Shown: in pieces, positions 25,854 through 34,583 of the stretch
Numbering within the stretch: position 1 is the first letter of the stretch
Layout: each line of letters begins with the position of its first letter
Source: an uncultured euryarchaeote
GTDB taxonomy: Archaea > Thermoplasmatota > Poseidoniia > Poseidoniales > Poseidoniaceae
Assembly: GCA_937911345.1 (NCBI GenBank)
Contig: CALDPP010000186.1
Location: 1-54,690 of the forward strand
Direction: 5' to 3'
Length of the DNA: 54,690 nucleotides
Position numbers and translations under genes: made by a program
Notes under the pieces: model-generated
Seen by the model: only the letters and a program-made list of their open reading frames with translations
Told to the model about the DNA's origin: nothing
Databases searched by the model: none

Positions 25854-26233
25854 TCGCCAATTTCAGCTCTATATCCTGCAGCATCCATTAGAGTAGTAAT
25901 TTGATCAATATTATTGACGGTCATCTTGATAATCCATCCCTCGCCATATGGGCTCGTATTCATAAGTTCAGGTGTATCCTCTAACTCCTCATTGACTTCA
26001 GTGATTTCTCCGGCTAAGGGCGCAAATATTGGAGAGGCAGATTTGACAGATTCAACTACTGCAAACTCACCCATATCATCGACGACCATTCCACTTTCTG
26101 GTAGCTCAATGTAAACAATGTCAGTAAGGGCATTTTGGGCATGGTCAGTAATCCCAATGGTTACTGTATCACCTTCAACTCTTAGCCATTCGTGTTCTTT
26201 TGTATAGTACAGACCTTCTGGAACATCACTCAT
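25850..26233 (-). CDS. gcvH: Glycine cleavage system H protein (lipoyl carrier)
   Basis: YTKEHEWLRVEGD and the lipoyl-lysine block VESVKSASPIFAPLAGEI. 127 aa. Confidence 0.9.
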   Translation of the reverse strand: MSDVPEGLYYTKEHEWLRVEGDTVTIGITDHAQNALTDIVYIELPESGMVVDDMGEFAVVESVKSASPIFAPLAGEITEVNEELEDTPELMNTSPYGEGWIIKMTVNNIDQITTLMDAAGYRAEIGE

Positions 26234-26287
26234 ATTATCGCCTAAACCAATGTAAATGAAGAGGATTCTTGAATATTCGCAACAATA

Positions 26288-26632
26288 CTACTCTTCTTGA
26301 TCAATGATTTCTTCAGCTAAAACCTTACTTTCTAATTCTGCCCATGCGTCTCCTACACGGTTATCTTGAGTAATTTGGTTTAATTCATCACTGACTCTTT
26401 GCTCTAATTGTGATTCGGTTTCGTTGGGAAATATGCTAGTTAGAAATGATGTCTCATAATTAAGTAGTCTTGACATCACCAAACATAACAAGCCAATCAG
26501 GAAAAAGAGGTGACCAAAACTTGGCTGATTGACAATCATGCGTTCTTCAATAATGGCAAAACCACAAATCAAAATTAAACCAAATCCAGTGCCAAGCAGG
26601 ATGCGATTAGCAGCCTTACTTGGTTCGTCCAT
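26288..26632 (-). CDS. Hypothetical small membrane protein (2 TM, acidic C-terminus)
   Basis: 114-aa ORF with helices ILLGTGFGLILICGFAII and FGHLFFLIGLLCLVMSRLL. Confidence 0.45.
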   Translation of the reverse strand: MDEPSKAANRILLGTGFGLILICGFAIIEERMIVNQPSFGHLFFLIGLLCLVMSRLLNYETSFLTSIFPNETESQLEQRVSDELNQITQDNRVGDAWAELESKVLAEEIIDQEE

Positions 26633-26672
26633 GGTACCGCTAGAAGTATATTAGTGATGAACTAAACGGCTA

Positions 26673-27254
26673 TCAGTAAGTTTCTCTCATCAGTTTATGA
26701 ATCTTGTATGGTAACAATGCTCTATTAACTGGTGTAACTTCTAAGATTCTGCCATCATCTCTACGGCGAATATCTTGAAGTAGCGGATGTCTACTCTTTT
26801 TGTGCAGTGTAAGTAATGTTGGTTTATCAATTTCTAATGCACCTCTAACACAATTAACGAACTTCTCACTTTCTACGGTGAATTTTCCAATTTCATCAAT
26901 GACCAGAACTTCGCTTTCATTCTTAGCATATTCAATTGCTGGTATTGCGACCCTTTCTAACGCCTCTAAATCTAGTCCATAGCCAAGCACTCTTAGCCTA
27001 GAATCAAACTCTTTGTGAGCAATTACTCCTTCTTCCCCAGAAATAATATCAATGACTTTGTAGCCTAGTCTCTCTCCACTTTCAATAATTGGTTCTGTAC
27101 GTAGTCCAGCAATAATTGGTTTGCCACTTGGATTACCTCTAAGTTTGATTTCTTGACTTCTTTCTTCTGTTAGCATTTCTAGAACTTTTTCCATAACTGC
27201 GGATTTACCACTTCTCGGTAGTCCTGTAATCCCAATCTTTGGATGAATTCCCAT
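26673..27254 (-). CDS. Nucleoside-triphosphatase, THEP1/NTPase_1 family
   Basis: P-loop KIGITGLPRSGKSAV and Walker B VLVIDEIGKFTVESEKF. The roughly 190-aa size is typical of this family. Confidence 0.7.
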   Translation of the reverse strand: MGIHPKIGITGLPRSGKSAVMEKVLEMLTEERSQEIKLRGNPSGKPIIAGLRTEPIIESGERLGYKVIDIISGEEGVIAHKEFDSRLRVLGYGLDLEALERVAIPAIEYAKNESEVLVIDEIGKFTVESEKFVNCVRGALEIDKPTLLTLHKKSRHPLLQDIRRRDDGRILEVTPVNRALLPYKIHKLMRETY

Positions 27255-27410
27255 CTATTTCACCAACGCTCGATTATTATCGAATCACTTATCAGTAATA
27301 AAGCATCGTCTTACCTAAGGATAGGAGAATGAATTTGTGATATAGTAAAAATATCTCAAAAAACGCCTATTTTAGAAAATAAATTACCGAAAAAGGGAAT
27401 AAACCCGTTT

Positions 27411-27839
27411 TTATGTTAGGAAATTAGTCGACTTGTTGTAAACACTCCAGTAATCTTCTACCCACTGATAAATTTTGGAGAGTGTTTCGGTATCAACTTC
27501 TGCGATTTCAGCAATTTTTTTGATAATTCGAATTTCTTTTTTATCATATTCTCCATCACAAGCTGAAACCAAGACAGCATCTCGCAATGCCATTTTTTGA
27601 CCTGAATTTGATAGTATTTCCATGCATTTCTCTATCTCTAAAGGGTGATTTAATGTATTCCGTACATCGACTCTCATTTCTGGATGGAGCATTGATTTAC
27701 CCATTAATGATTCAATCATGACAAGTTCTTCTTGAACCAACTCGCCATCGACAGATGCGACTGCTACCATTAATTGTGCATGTGCTAATCGCTCTTCGAT
27801 GGTCAAACCATTAACCATGTCCGGGAACAAAGGTTTCAC
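27411..27839 (-). CDS. TerB-like (tellurite-resistance TerB/DjlA N-terminal fold) protein, paralogue 2
   Basis: LAHAQLMVAVASVDGELVQEELVMIESLM ... ALRDAVLVSACDGEYDKKEIRIIKKIAE. GTGA overlap with the upstream paralogue. Confidence 0.65.
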   Translation of the reverse strand: MKPLFPDMVNGLTIEERLAHAQLMVAVASVDGELVQEELVMIESLMGKSMLHPEMRVDVRNTLNHPLEIEKCMEILSNSGQKMALRDAVLVSACDGEYDKKEIRIIKKIAEIAEVDTETLSKIYQWVEDYWSVYNKSTNFLT

Positions 27840-28267
27840 TCCGCTAGATCATTCAAAATATCATAGCCAGACTGCATCCAATTATAACCTTCAACAGTCC
27901 ATTTCAACAACCGTTCTAAAGAGTCATCAGGAAGACCAAGGTGGGCAATGATTTCAGTTAATACTTCCTTTTCGTCATCGTCAACCGTACCATCTGCTGC
28001 CGCCATTAAGACAGCATCTCTCAATGCTAATCGACCAGCTTCATCGCTAAGACCGGCTAGACATTCATCCAAAGGAGGAGGGGTTTTCAAGGCTTGACGA
28101 ATTAATTCACGCTGTTTTGGCGACAACAATGCAGTACCCAGTCGTTGTTCAAACATTGCCATTTCATCGACTGTTAATTCATTATCCACTCTAGCCATGA
28201 AGGCTAATAATCGAGCATATGAGAATCTCTCTTCTCGAGACAACTTGTGAATTGTATCTGGCAGCAT
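27836..28267 (-). CDS. TerB-like protein, paralogue 1
   Basis: FSYARLLAFMARVDNELTVDEMAMFEQRLG ... ALRDAVLMAAADGTVDDDEKEVLTEIIAHLGL. Confidence 0.65.
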   Translation of the reverse strand: MLPDTIHKLSREERFSYARLLAFMARVDNELTVDEMAMFEQRLGTALLSPKQRELIRQALKTPPPLDECLAGLSDEAGRLALRDAVLMAAADGTVDDDEKEVLTEIIAHLGLPDDSLERLLKWTVEGYNWMQSGYDILNDLAE

Positions 28268-28354
28268 GATACTCCGTGTCGCTCATTAGCCAATAACTTC
28301 TCGCATGAAATAACTCGAAAAATTCGATTTTAGAGATAGTTTCAATATGCCGAT

Positions 28355-28771
28355 TTAATCATCATATCCAAACACAAACCAGCGCATGCTAGCCCAAGTA
28401 AATAATCCCCAAATTAGCATATTTATTACGAATATAATTCGAATCTGCAAATCTAAATTGGACACTAACAATTCGTATGAGATTGTTGATAATGCCCCAC
28501 CTATCGCATAGACTGTAAACGCTCCAAGCATTGTTGTTTTCACATCTTTTCTTCCATCGAAAGTAAAGTATCTGTGGGTAAAGTGTGCAATAGTACAGGA
28601 AATCACCCAAGCAACAGCCCATATTCCAGTCTCAGATAATATTTCTAATGCAGGAGAAATCCGTAATATTTCCCAAAAAATCCAGAATAGTAATGTGTTT
28701 ACTGCGCCAGCGGCGGCAAACCTTCGAATTGTACCTCTTGGTGCTATTGCGGAAAATTGTTCTTTATCCAC
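28355..28771 (-). CDS. GtrA-like family membrane protein (polysaccharide/glycolipid synthesis associated)
   Basis: 138 aa with 4 TM helices. N-terminal RFAAAGAVNTLLFWIFWEIL and C-terminal RWFVF are typical of GtrA-like proteins. Confidence 0.6.
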   Translation of the reverse strand: MDKEQFSAIAPRGTIRRFAAAGAVNTLLFWIFWEILRISPALEILSETGIWAVAWVISCTIAHFTHRYFTFDGRKDVKTTMLGAFTVYAIGGALSTISYELLVSNLDLQIRIIFVINMLIWGLFTWASMRWFVFGYDD

Positions 28772-28790
28772 AATATCACATCATAGGTAA

Positions 28791-29615
28791 TTAATCATCA
28801 TTGGTTGTCACATCACTAGGTTTACCAGTTAGGATTTCTCGTAATTTGCCGTTATCATTTTGAATTGCTTCGAGCAATTCATACTTACAATCTAGTGATT
28901 CTGCAAGTACTGCTAATGCCTGTGAATCTTTGGGCAAGCACTTGCCACCAAATCCTCGATTCAGTCCAAAAATTGGATCTAGATGCGATTCACCAATAGG
29001 TTGTTCTTGAGGGGTAGTAATTATCTCCCTAATTTTGTACCAATCCTCATCCAAAGCTTGGCAGATATCATACATTTGATTGGCAAATATTACTTTCATC
29101 GCGTAGAAAGTATTCTTTGTGTATTTGACTAACTCAGCCTGTGTTGGGGTGACATGAAACAGGTTCTCATTACGCAATACCCCAGCATCTTTGTGTTGTT
29201 TAAAGACCATTTCTGCAACCTCTTTATGATGTGTTCCGCAAACTAGGATATCTTGGTTAGCAAAATCTTCCAATCTTCTTCGCTCAACCAAGAATTCTGG
29301 TGAATATGCAATCTTTAAATCAGGATATCGATGGTGGAACTGTTCAGTAGTTCCTGGAATGACAGTACTCTTGATTACTGCTGTGAATCCTTCGGGTAAT
29401 GAATCTAGTATTTCTTCAACAATGCTTGTGTCACAGCCTCCGTGAACTGGATGAGGCGGTGTTGGAACTGCGATATACGCAAAATCGACATTGTCGATTA
29501 CGTCACTTAGATTAGTTCCTCTAGCAGGATCGTGAATGTATAGATCATGTGTTTCGCCAAAACAGTGCTCGATGGCTCCACCCACCATACCTGCTCCGAT
29601 TATCCCGATTTTCAT
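28791..29615 (-). CDS. UDP-glucose/GDP-mannose dehydrogenase family protein, short form (N-terminal and central domains only)
   Basis: Rossmann motif [14 protein letters not shown], then IAVPTP, YSPEFL, and catalytic-Cys block [10 protein letters not shown]. The ORF ends about 25 aa after the central domain, so a C-terminal nucleotide-sugar domain appears absent. Confidence 0.7.
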   Translation of the reverse strand: MKIGIIGAGMVGGAIEHCFGETHDLYIHDPARGTNLSDVIDNVDFAYIAVPTPPHPVHGGCDTSIVEEILDSLPEGFTAVIKSTVIPGTTEQFHHRYPDLKIAYSPEFLVERRRLEDFANQDILVCGTHHKEVAEMVFKQHKDAGVLRNENLFHVTPTQAELVKYTKNTFYAMKVIFANQMYDICQALDEDWYKIREIITTPQEQPIGESHLDPIFGLNRGFGGKCLPKDSQALAVLAESLDCKYELLEAIQNDNGKLREILTGKPSDVTTNDD

Positions 29616-29657
29616 GTCAACACCATTATTGTTTGAATTCTGTAGATTTTGTTAACT

Positions 29658-30404
29658 TCACTTGAACGGATTTGGGTTCAATTTACCGTCTTTAGCCATA
29701 ATAGAGGCAGCAAGAAGAGACTCAGGAGTGCCACAATCAACCCATGTTTCTTTGCCTATGTTAAGCAATTCAGCTTGTCCTTTTTCGACGTACTTTCGAT
29801 TTACATCTGTAATTGAAAAGTTGCCATCATATTCAATTTGACATTCATCTACTAATGACCAAAATTGTTCATCAAATAGATAGATGCCACCTATTGCAAC
29901 ATTGGAAGGAGGGTGTTCTGGTTTTTCGACGATGTCAATAATTTTTCCATCTCGATCAAATTTTGCTACTCCAAATGCTTGCGGTTGTTCTTCATCTCTC
30001 GATAATAGCAAGCAACCTGGATTTGAATCATGTTTAGTAAACTTCTCAACATGCTCTGCTAGTTCTATTGTGGTGATATTGTCTGAAAAGTAGACTAAAA
30101 GCCGACATGCTTCATTATGCGGTCTTGCTAAATTAAGTGCCTTGGCAACCCCCTCCGGGGTTTCCTCGAGCACGTAGTGAATTTGTTCTCCTGCTAATCC
30201 AGAGCCAACATGTTTGGCAATTTGCCCGATAAATTGGTTTGAGATAATTGTGATATTTTTTATTCCTGCCCGTCTAATTGTTCCTAAAGCATAATCGATT
30301 ACCGGCCTATCGTAGATTGGTAACAGTGTTTTTTGGGTTATTTTGGTAAAGGGGTACAATCTACTCCCGTGGCCACCAGCCACCAAGATTGCCTTTACCT
30401 TCAT
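29658..30404 (-). CDS. Sugar-1-phosphate nucleotidyltransferase (glucose-1-phosphate thymidylyl/uridylyltransferase-like)
   Basis: KAILVAGGHGSRLYPFTKITQKTLLPIYDRPVIDY is the G-x-G-x-R-L-x-P signature. Confidence 0.8.
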   Translation of the reverse strand: MKVKAILVAGGHGSRLYPFTKITQKTLLPIYDRPVIDYALGTIRRAGIKNITIISNQFIGQIAKHVGSGLAGEQIHYVLEETPEGVAKALNLARPHNEACRLLVYFSDNITTIELAEHVEKFTKHDSNPGCLLLSRDEEQPQAFGVAKFDRDGKIIDIVEKPEHPPSNVAIGGIYLFDEQFWSLVDECQIEYDGNFSITDVNRKYVEKGQAELLNIGKETWVDCGTPESLLAASIMAKDGKLNPNPFK

Positions 30405-30425
30405 GTCTTAGTCTAAGTAGGAGTC

Positions 30426-31091
30426 CTATATTTGGTTTCCTTCCTTTTTTTCATACAGGCGTTCAACAGCATCATCTTGTTTATTTTTTTCAAACCAACC
30501 AGTTTTAATTAAATCACCTAGGTTTTCAACGCCTGCTTCGATTAAATCCTTGTCCATCGATTCTGATTTGGACCATTGTTCAGCAGCAATTTCTGATTGA
30601 ATCTTGTCGGCAATTCTGATCATTTTCTCGTTATCTGTACTAATCGTTTCCACATTGTCAAAATCCCGGTTTGCCATTGCATCAATGCGCGTACCATGAG
30701 TGGAGAAGTCCTTGTTATCTTTATCAAAAGCTGGGCCTTTTTCATCTCCTCCTCTAATTCTAAGGTAAGCAGAATTGGGATAATTAGATTGTTTGGTTCC
30801 TGTTTGATTGTTAGCAAACCCATCATCAGCAAACTCCTTCGTTTGCAAATCGTTGAGTAAAAATTCAGTCTTTTTTTGATAGATTCTCTCAATTGAGTTA
30901 TCGGCAATCATCATGATAACTGGAATCAGAACTATTGCTAGGAAAATTACCGGATCAGGAATAATGAAGCCATATAGTATCAAGAGAATCGATGTTGTAG
31001 AACTCAAGATAGCAATCTTGGCCAATCCTTTAACGATTTTTGCCTGAGACTCTAGCCGTGAAACGTCAAGACCATTGTTCATATTTGCCAC
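30426..31091 (-). CDS. Hypothetical membrane protein (2 TM N-terminal, about 150-aa polar C-terminal region)
   Basis: Helices IAILSSTTSILLILYGFII and VIFLAIVLIPVIMMIA. No recognisable motif. GTG start, or the ATG at 31082. Confidence 0.5.
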   Translation of the reverse strand: MANMNNGLDVSRLESQAKIVKGLAKIAILSSTTSILLILYGFIIPDPVIFLAIVLIPVIMMIADNSIERIYQKKTEFLLNDLQTKEFADDGFANNQTGTKQSNYPNSAYLRIRGGDEKGPAFDKDNKDFSTHGTRIDAMANRDFDNVETISTDNEKMIRIADKIQSEIAAEQWSKSESMDKDLIEAGVENLGDLIKTGWFEKNKQDDAVERLYEKKEGNQI

Positions 31092-31403
31092 TTAGCCAAT
31101 AATTTTATTCAATTTGTTGATTAAATCTGGATTATCTAATTCAGATTGTTGCCAATTCAAAGATTTCATCGCCAATATTTTTCTTGCTTGAATTGAATTA
31201 TCCATTCGCTCATGAGCAAATTGGCCCAGTAAACCACAAATTAGCAAGCATGCTAATCCAAAATACCAGGATGTGATTAGCGATATAGCAATCGAAATTA
31301 ACACTATATTGACAACAACTATGACCACTTTTTGCTTTAATTTTCGCTCAGAGTCGATTGCATCAATACATAGTTGAGCCGCTTGTTTTTTGGTTAAGGT
31401 CAT
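31092..31403 (-). CDS. Hypothetical small membrane protein (2 TM)
   Basis: The ATG at 31403 (MTLTKKQAAQL) is preceded by a GAGGA SD-like motif. The longer track ORF (to 31451) would overlap the upstream gene. Helices VVIVVVNIVLISIAISLI and YFGLACLLICGLLGQF. Confidence 0.45.
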   Translation of the reverse strand: MTLTKKQAAQLCIDAIDSERKLKQKVVIVVVNIVLISIAISLITSWYFGLACLLICGLLGQFAHERMDNSIQARKILAMKSLNWQQSELDNPDLINKLNKIIG

Positions 31404-31416
31404 TGCAAATCCTCGA

Positions 31417-32088
31417 TTAGATAGTAATGAAACAATCATCCTCGATTTCAATTATTGCTCCACTCATTAGTAAATGCTCAATTGCTTCATCAATTTCTTC
31501 AAAAGAAATACCGGCTTTATCTAGTTCTGTAACAATTACTTCTAAGGTTGCAGAATCTTTACCTTTTGCTAATTCTTCATCAATTACTATCATTAGATTT
31601 TGGCAGGCAACCGCAAGTAGAGGATCATCACCTTGGTCATTGGGTAATAAGTCAAGGAATGCGCTTACTGGGTGAGTTTCGGAGAACTCTTCATCATTGC
31701 TTACGGCTCGTGAACCAAGTCCGACAATACTTTTGTCATATTCAATGCTAAAGCAATCAAACAAGTTAGTTTGGTTTGCTGGTAGGTTTTCTTTCTCCGG
31801 GGTTGAGATGCGATTTTTTATGTCAGTTATGCGTTTTAGTCTCTGCTCAGCGGATTTTAACTCAACTTCCAATTCACTTGAAATTAATTCTAAACTTGAA
31901 TTTGCTTGATTTCGTAACCAGTCTTCTAAGTTCCAGTGAGGGTCAATTCCGGCCATAACCTCACACAGTTTCTGAACCTCTGCTGGCATTGTATCAACAT
32001 GGAGCCTGTTGTCCCTCATAACTTGACTGTACTCTTGACAGCCTATGAAGAATATCATCAAAATAGTATGGCAATAATGGTAATTCAA
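31417..32088 (-). CDS. Hypothetical soluble protein with coiled-coil segment and C-terminal winged-helix-like region; start uncertain
   Basis: The track start is a TTG; candidate ATG starts lie at 32058, 32019 and 31989. The C-terminus ATLEVIVTELDKAGISFEEIDEAIEHLLMSGAIIEIEDDCF looks wH-like (weak). Confidence 0.45.
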   Translation of the reverse strand: MNYHYCHTILMIFFIGCQEYSQVMRDNRLHVDTMPAEVQKLCEVMAGIDPHWNLEDWLRNQANSSLELISSELEVELKSAEQRLKRITDIKNRISTPEKENLPANQTNLFDCFSIEYDKSIVGLGSRAVSNDEEFSETHPVSAFLDLLPNDQGDDPLLAVACQNLMIVIDEELAKGKDSATLEVIVTELDKAGISFEEIDEAIEHLLMSGAIIEIEDDCFITI

Positions 32089-32721
32089 CTATGATTCAGC
32101 AAGTTTACCCGTTGTTCTATTCTTCCATTCCTGCTCAAATTGTTGCCATAATTCTTGCTCAACCTGAGCCCTGATTTCTTGCTCAAGCCTAGGGGTTAGT
32201 TCAGCTATCAGGGCTTCTTGAATTTCAATTGCCATAGAATTGATTGTTCTCGTTTCCGTTTCTGCAATCAGTTCATTACGTTCAATTTCACTCAGACCTG
32301 CTGATGCTACCTGTTTTTGTTGATTGCGGTTAACCTCAGCTACGACGATTTTTTCAATTTCTGACATCAGTTTACCAACAACAGCCAATTCCCAATTTTC
32401 TTTTGGTTGTGGTAGGTTTAATTTTGCGGTTTGATTTCTTAGATTTTGTACAATCCTCGCTCTCACTGGGTTGCCAATTTCGAATTCATGCGCTCCAGAA
32501 ACAAAACCAACAAGACAATCCAACCATTCATCGTGACTTATTTCTGAACCACACCCGGGACAACCAGTCAATGAATCATCCACTTCGATATTATCTGTTG
32601 GTTGATATTTATCTTCCTTGGTTCTTCTTCTTACTGGTGCAGATGTGTCATCAATGTCGAATGAGATGTTCGTTCCAAATGTTCCTTTCCTTGGACTATT
32701 ACCTAGTTCTCTTCCCATCAT
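32089..32721 (-). CDS. Hypothetical protein with CPGC...H...C zinc-knuckle-like motif and long Glu/Gln-rich coiled coil
   Basis: The track start at 32796 is a TTG; the first ATG pair is at 32721 (MMGRELG). Motif TGCPGCGSEISHDEWLDC. The C-terminal 90 aa are heptad-like (EIQEALIAELTPRLEQEIRAQVEQELWQQFEQEW). Confidence 0.5.
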   Translation of the reverse strand: MMGRELGNSPRKGTFGTNISFDIDDTSAPVRRRTKEDKYQPTDNIEVDDSLTGCPGCGSEISHDEWLDCLVGFVSGAHEFEIGNPVRARIVQNLRNQTAKLNLPQPKENWELAVVGKLMSEIEKIVVAEVNRNQQKQVASAGLSEIERNELIAETETRTINSMAIEIQEALIAELTPRLEQEIRAQVEQELWQQFEQEWKNRTTGKLAES

Positions 32722-32796
32722 TTTCAAAATATACTCAACGTTTGAAAATAAAACATTTATGCCGACAAAACTCAGTTTGAGCGTTATTGTAGACAA

Positions 32797-33540
32797 TCAT
32801 GAATAATTCGAGGCGATTATGTTCAAGCTTTGTTGAAGGTTATGATTGTTGATAAAACCGATGTCAATCTCTAAATTATCTTCATTTTCAATAATTTTTA
32901 GCATATTATCTGCAACTCTAGATATTTCGTCAACTATTGTTATTGACGCCATTTTTGCTGACCTAGAAAGCGGATTTAGGTCTACAACAATCACAGTTTT
33001 ACCCATATTGACCAAGGCTTCACATCTATCACCATCTTCCAGCGGAACTAGAATTACATCACTCGAAAATATGCCCTCATGGCAACATTTTGCTCGCGGC
33101 CCCTCGAGGCCAGGAATTTTTGCATCAGGACTTTCACCCAAAATAGTGGTAGTAATGCCGTGCTCCTGCTTGATGTCCTCAAGATGTTTGAGCATGGCTG
33201 AAATTCTGTCATCTGTTCGATAAAATATATTGATTTCAACAGGGCAATTAAGGTAATTTGCAATCTGCATCAACTCCTTACCAGCAAGCGCTGCAGTATT
33301 GCCATTGATTGTGATGATTGGGCGTTTCGCAGCGCTTAGATGGGCTAGAGCATTTTTTGTAGCAAGAAAGGCGTTTTCAGAAGTCTTCTCGCCGAGCAGG
33401 TAATCGAAAGCTTCGCCCCGACCATGAGCAATTAATGCACTATCTGCCAACATCCCCCTGCTGGCTGCAATTTCTAAGTTATGCCTTTTTAGCAATGACT
33501 CGTATCTAGGGTGACTTTTGTCGGCGGTAAACTCCCCCAT
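32797..33540 (-). CDS. 4-phosphopantoate--beta-alanine ligase (archaeal phosphopantothenate synthetase, COG1701/DUF137 family)
   Basis: ALIAHGRGEAFDYLLGEKT, PIITINGNTAAL and EINIFYRTDDR are signature blocks of the archaeal PPS family, as I remember them. Confidence 0.75.
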   Translation of the reverse strand: MGEFTADKSHPRYESLLKRHNLEIAASRGMLADSALIAHGRGEAFDYLLGEKTSENAFLATKNALAHLSAAKRPIITINGNTAALAGKELMQIANYLNCPVEINIFYRTDDRISAMLKHLEDIKQEHGITTTILGESPDAKIPGLEGPRAKCCHEGIFSSDVILVPLEDGDRCEALVNMGKTVIVVDLNPLSRSAKMASITIVDEISRVADNMLKIIENEDNLEIDIGFINNHNLQQSLNIIASNYS

Positions 33541-34479
33541 TCAATCACCAACAATCATCGAGATGTCAAGTGGTTTGACGCCTCTATTTATTGCACTTGT
33601 CGAGATTACATCGACGCCACATTCAAACCATTCATCTAATGTTTCGAAAGTAATGTTTCCACTTGCTTCTAACAAAACAGCATTTCTAAGTCCCATGTCC
33701 TCTAATTGAGCGACCATTTCTTTACATCGTTCTGGTCCGAAATTATCTAACATCACAACTAGTTTTCCATCAATTCCTTGGTGTGACTGTTGCCACATAG
33801 CAGCAGCAGTAATCGCTTCCTTTTCATTTCTCACCTCAATCTCAATGAATGATTCAAGTTGGCTTAGGTCCAGCGACTGTATAAGTTCAGCAATTTTTTT
33901 CTCATTTCCATCATCTGAATCTCCCATCGATGCCAAGTCATTCTCTTTAATCATCAAAGCATCATTTCTCGTTAACCTATGAGTCAATCCTCCTCCCAAA
34001 TGAACGGCCCACTTATCTAGCAGCCCCCAAGTGGTTTTTCTGGTACATGCAATTTGCTTTGCTGCCTTACTTGCCCACTTCTTTGTTTCTGTTGCAATTC
34101 CCGATAAGTGTCCGAGGATATTCAAAATACTTCTTTCAATCAATAGAATCGTTTCACGACATCCGGTTAAGTTAGCGATTTCTTCACCATTAGATACTTT
34201 CTTTCCGTCGGAAGCACGCCAATTAACTTGGATAGACGGTGCCCAAATTTGAATCAAATGATCAACCATTGCAGTACCTGCAACAATTCCATCACCTTTG
34301 GCTATGATTGTTGCATCAATTGTTTCACTAGAGCCAAACATAGGGTTGTCGATATCGTCATCAGCAAGAATTGCAGTAACCCACCTATCCATACTCGACA
34401 ACAGCATCCTACTTACGCCATCTTCCGCTGTCCAAAGTAAATGCCCCCTGTCATGTGGTATCATCGCACCTCCGGCCAT
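33541..34479 (-). CDS. nadC: Nicotinate-nucleotide pyrophosphorylase [carboxylating] (quinolinate phosphoribosyltransferase)
   Basis: CTRKTTWGLLDKWAVHLGGGLTHRLTRNDALMIKEND matches T-R-K-T-x-P-G...K-x-A-V-x-x-G-G-G-x-x-H-R. C-terminal TIM-barrel block LLEASGNIT...GVDVISTSA. Confidence 0.9.
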   Translation of the reverse strand: MAGGAMIPHDRGHLLWTAEDGVSRMLLSSMDRWVTAILADDDIDNPMFGSSETIDATIIAKGDGIVAGTAMVDHLIQIWAPSIQVNWRASDGKKVSNGEEIANLTGCRETILLIERSILNILGHLSGIATETKKWASKAAKQIACTRKTTWGLLDKWAVHLGGGLTHRLTRNDALMIKENDLASMGDSDDGNEKKIAELIQSLDLSQLESFIEIEVRNEKEAITAAAMWQQSHQGIDGKLVVMLDNFGPERCKEMVAQLEDMGLRNAVLLEASGNITFETLDEWFECGVDVISTSAINRGVKPLDISMIVGD

Positions 34480-34583
34480 GATTCGCCTAACTATTACTTG
34501 ATTTTCAATTACACCCTTATTTTTCCAATCGTTTGTAGTAATTTGATAAAATATTTCAAATCAATTGAACAGGTGGGAATACT

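Noticed and set aside
32722-32796. N-terminal extensions in the ORF track that begin at TTG/GTG codons. Examples are 32796, 32088, 13697, 4866, 18544, 53304 and 54665.
   Set aside because: In these cases the alternative start overlaps an upstream gene, or lies within an SD motif, or (54665) within a frame that stays open to the window edge. Downstream ATG starts, or a partial-gene call, fit better.
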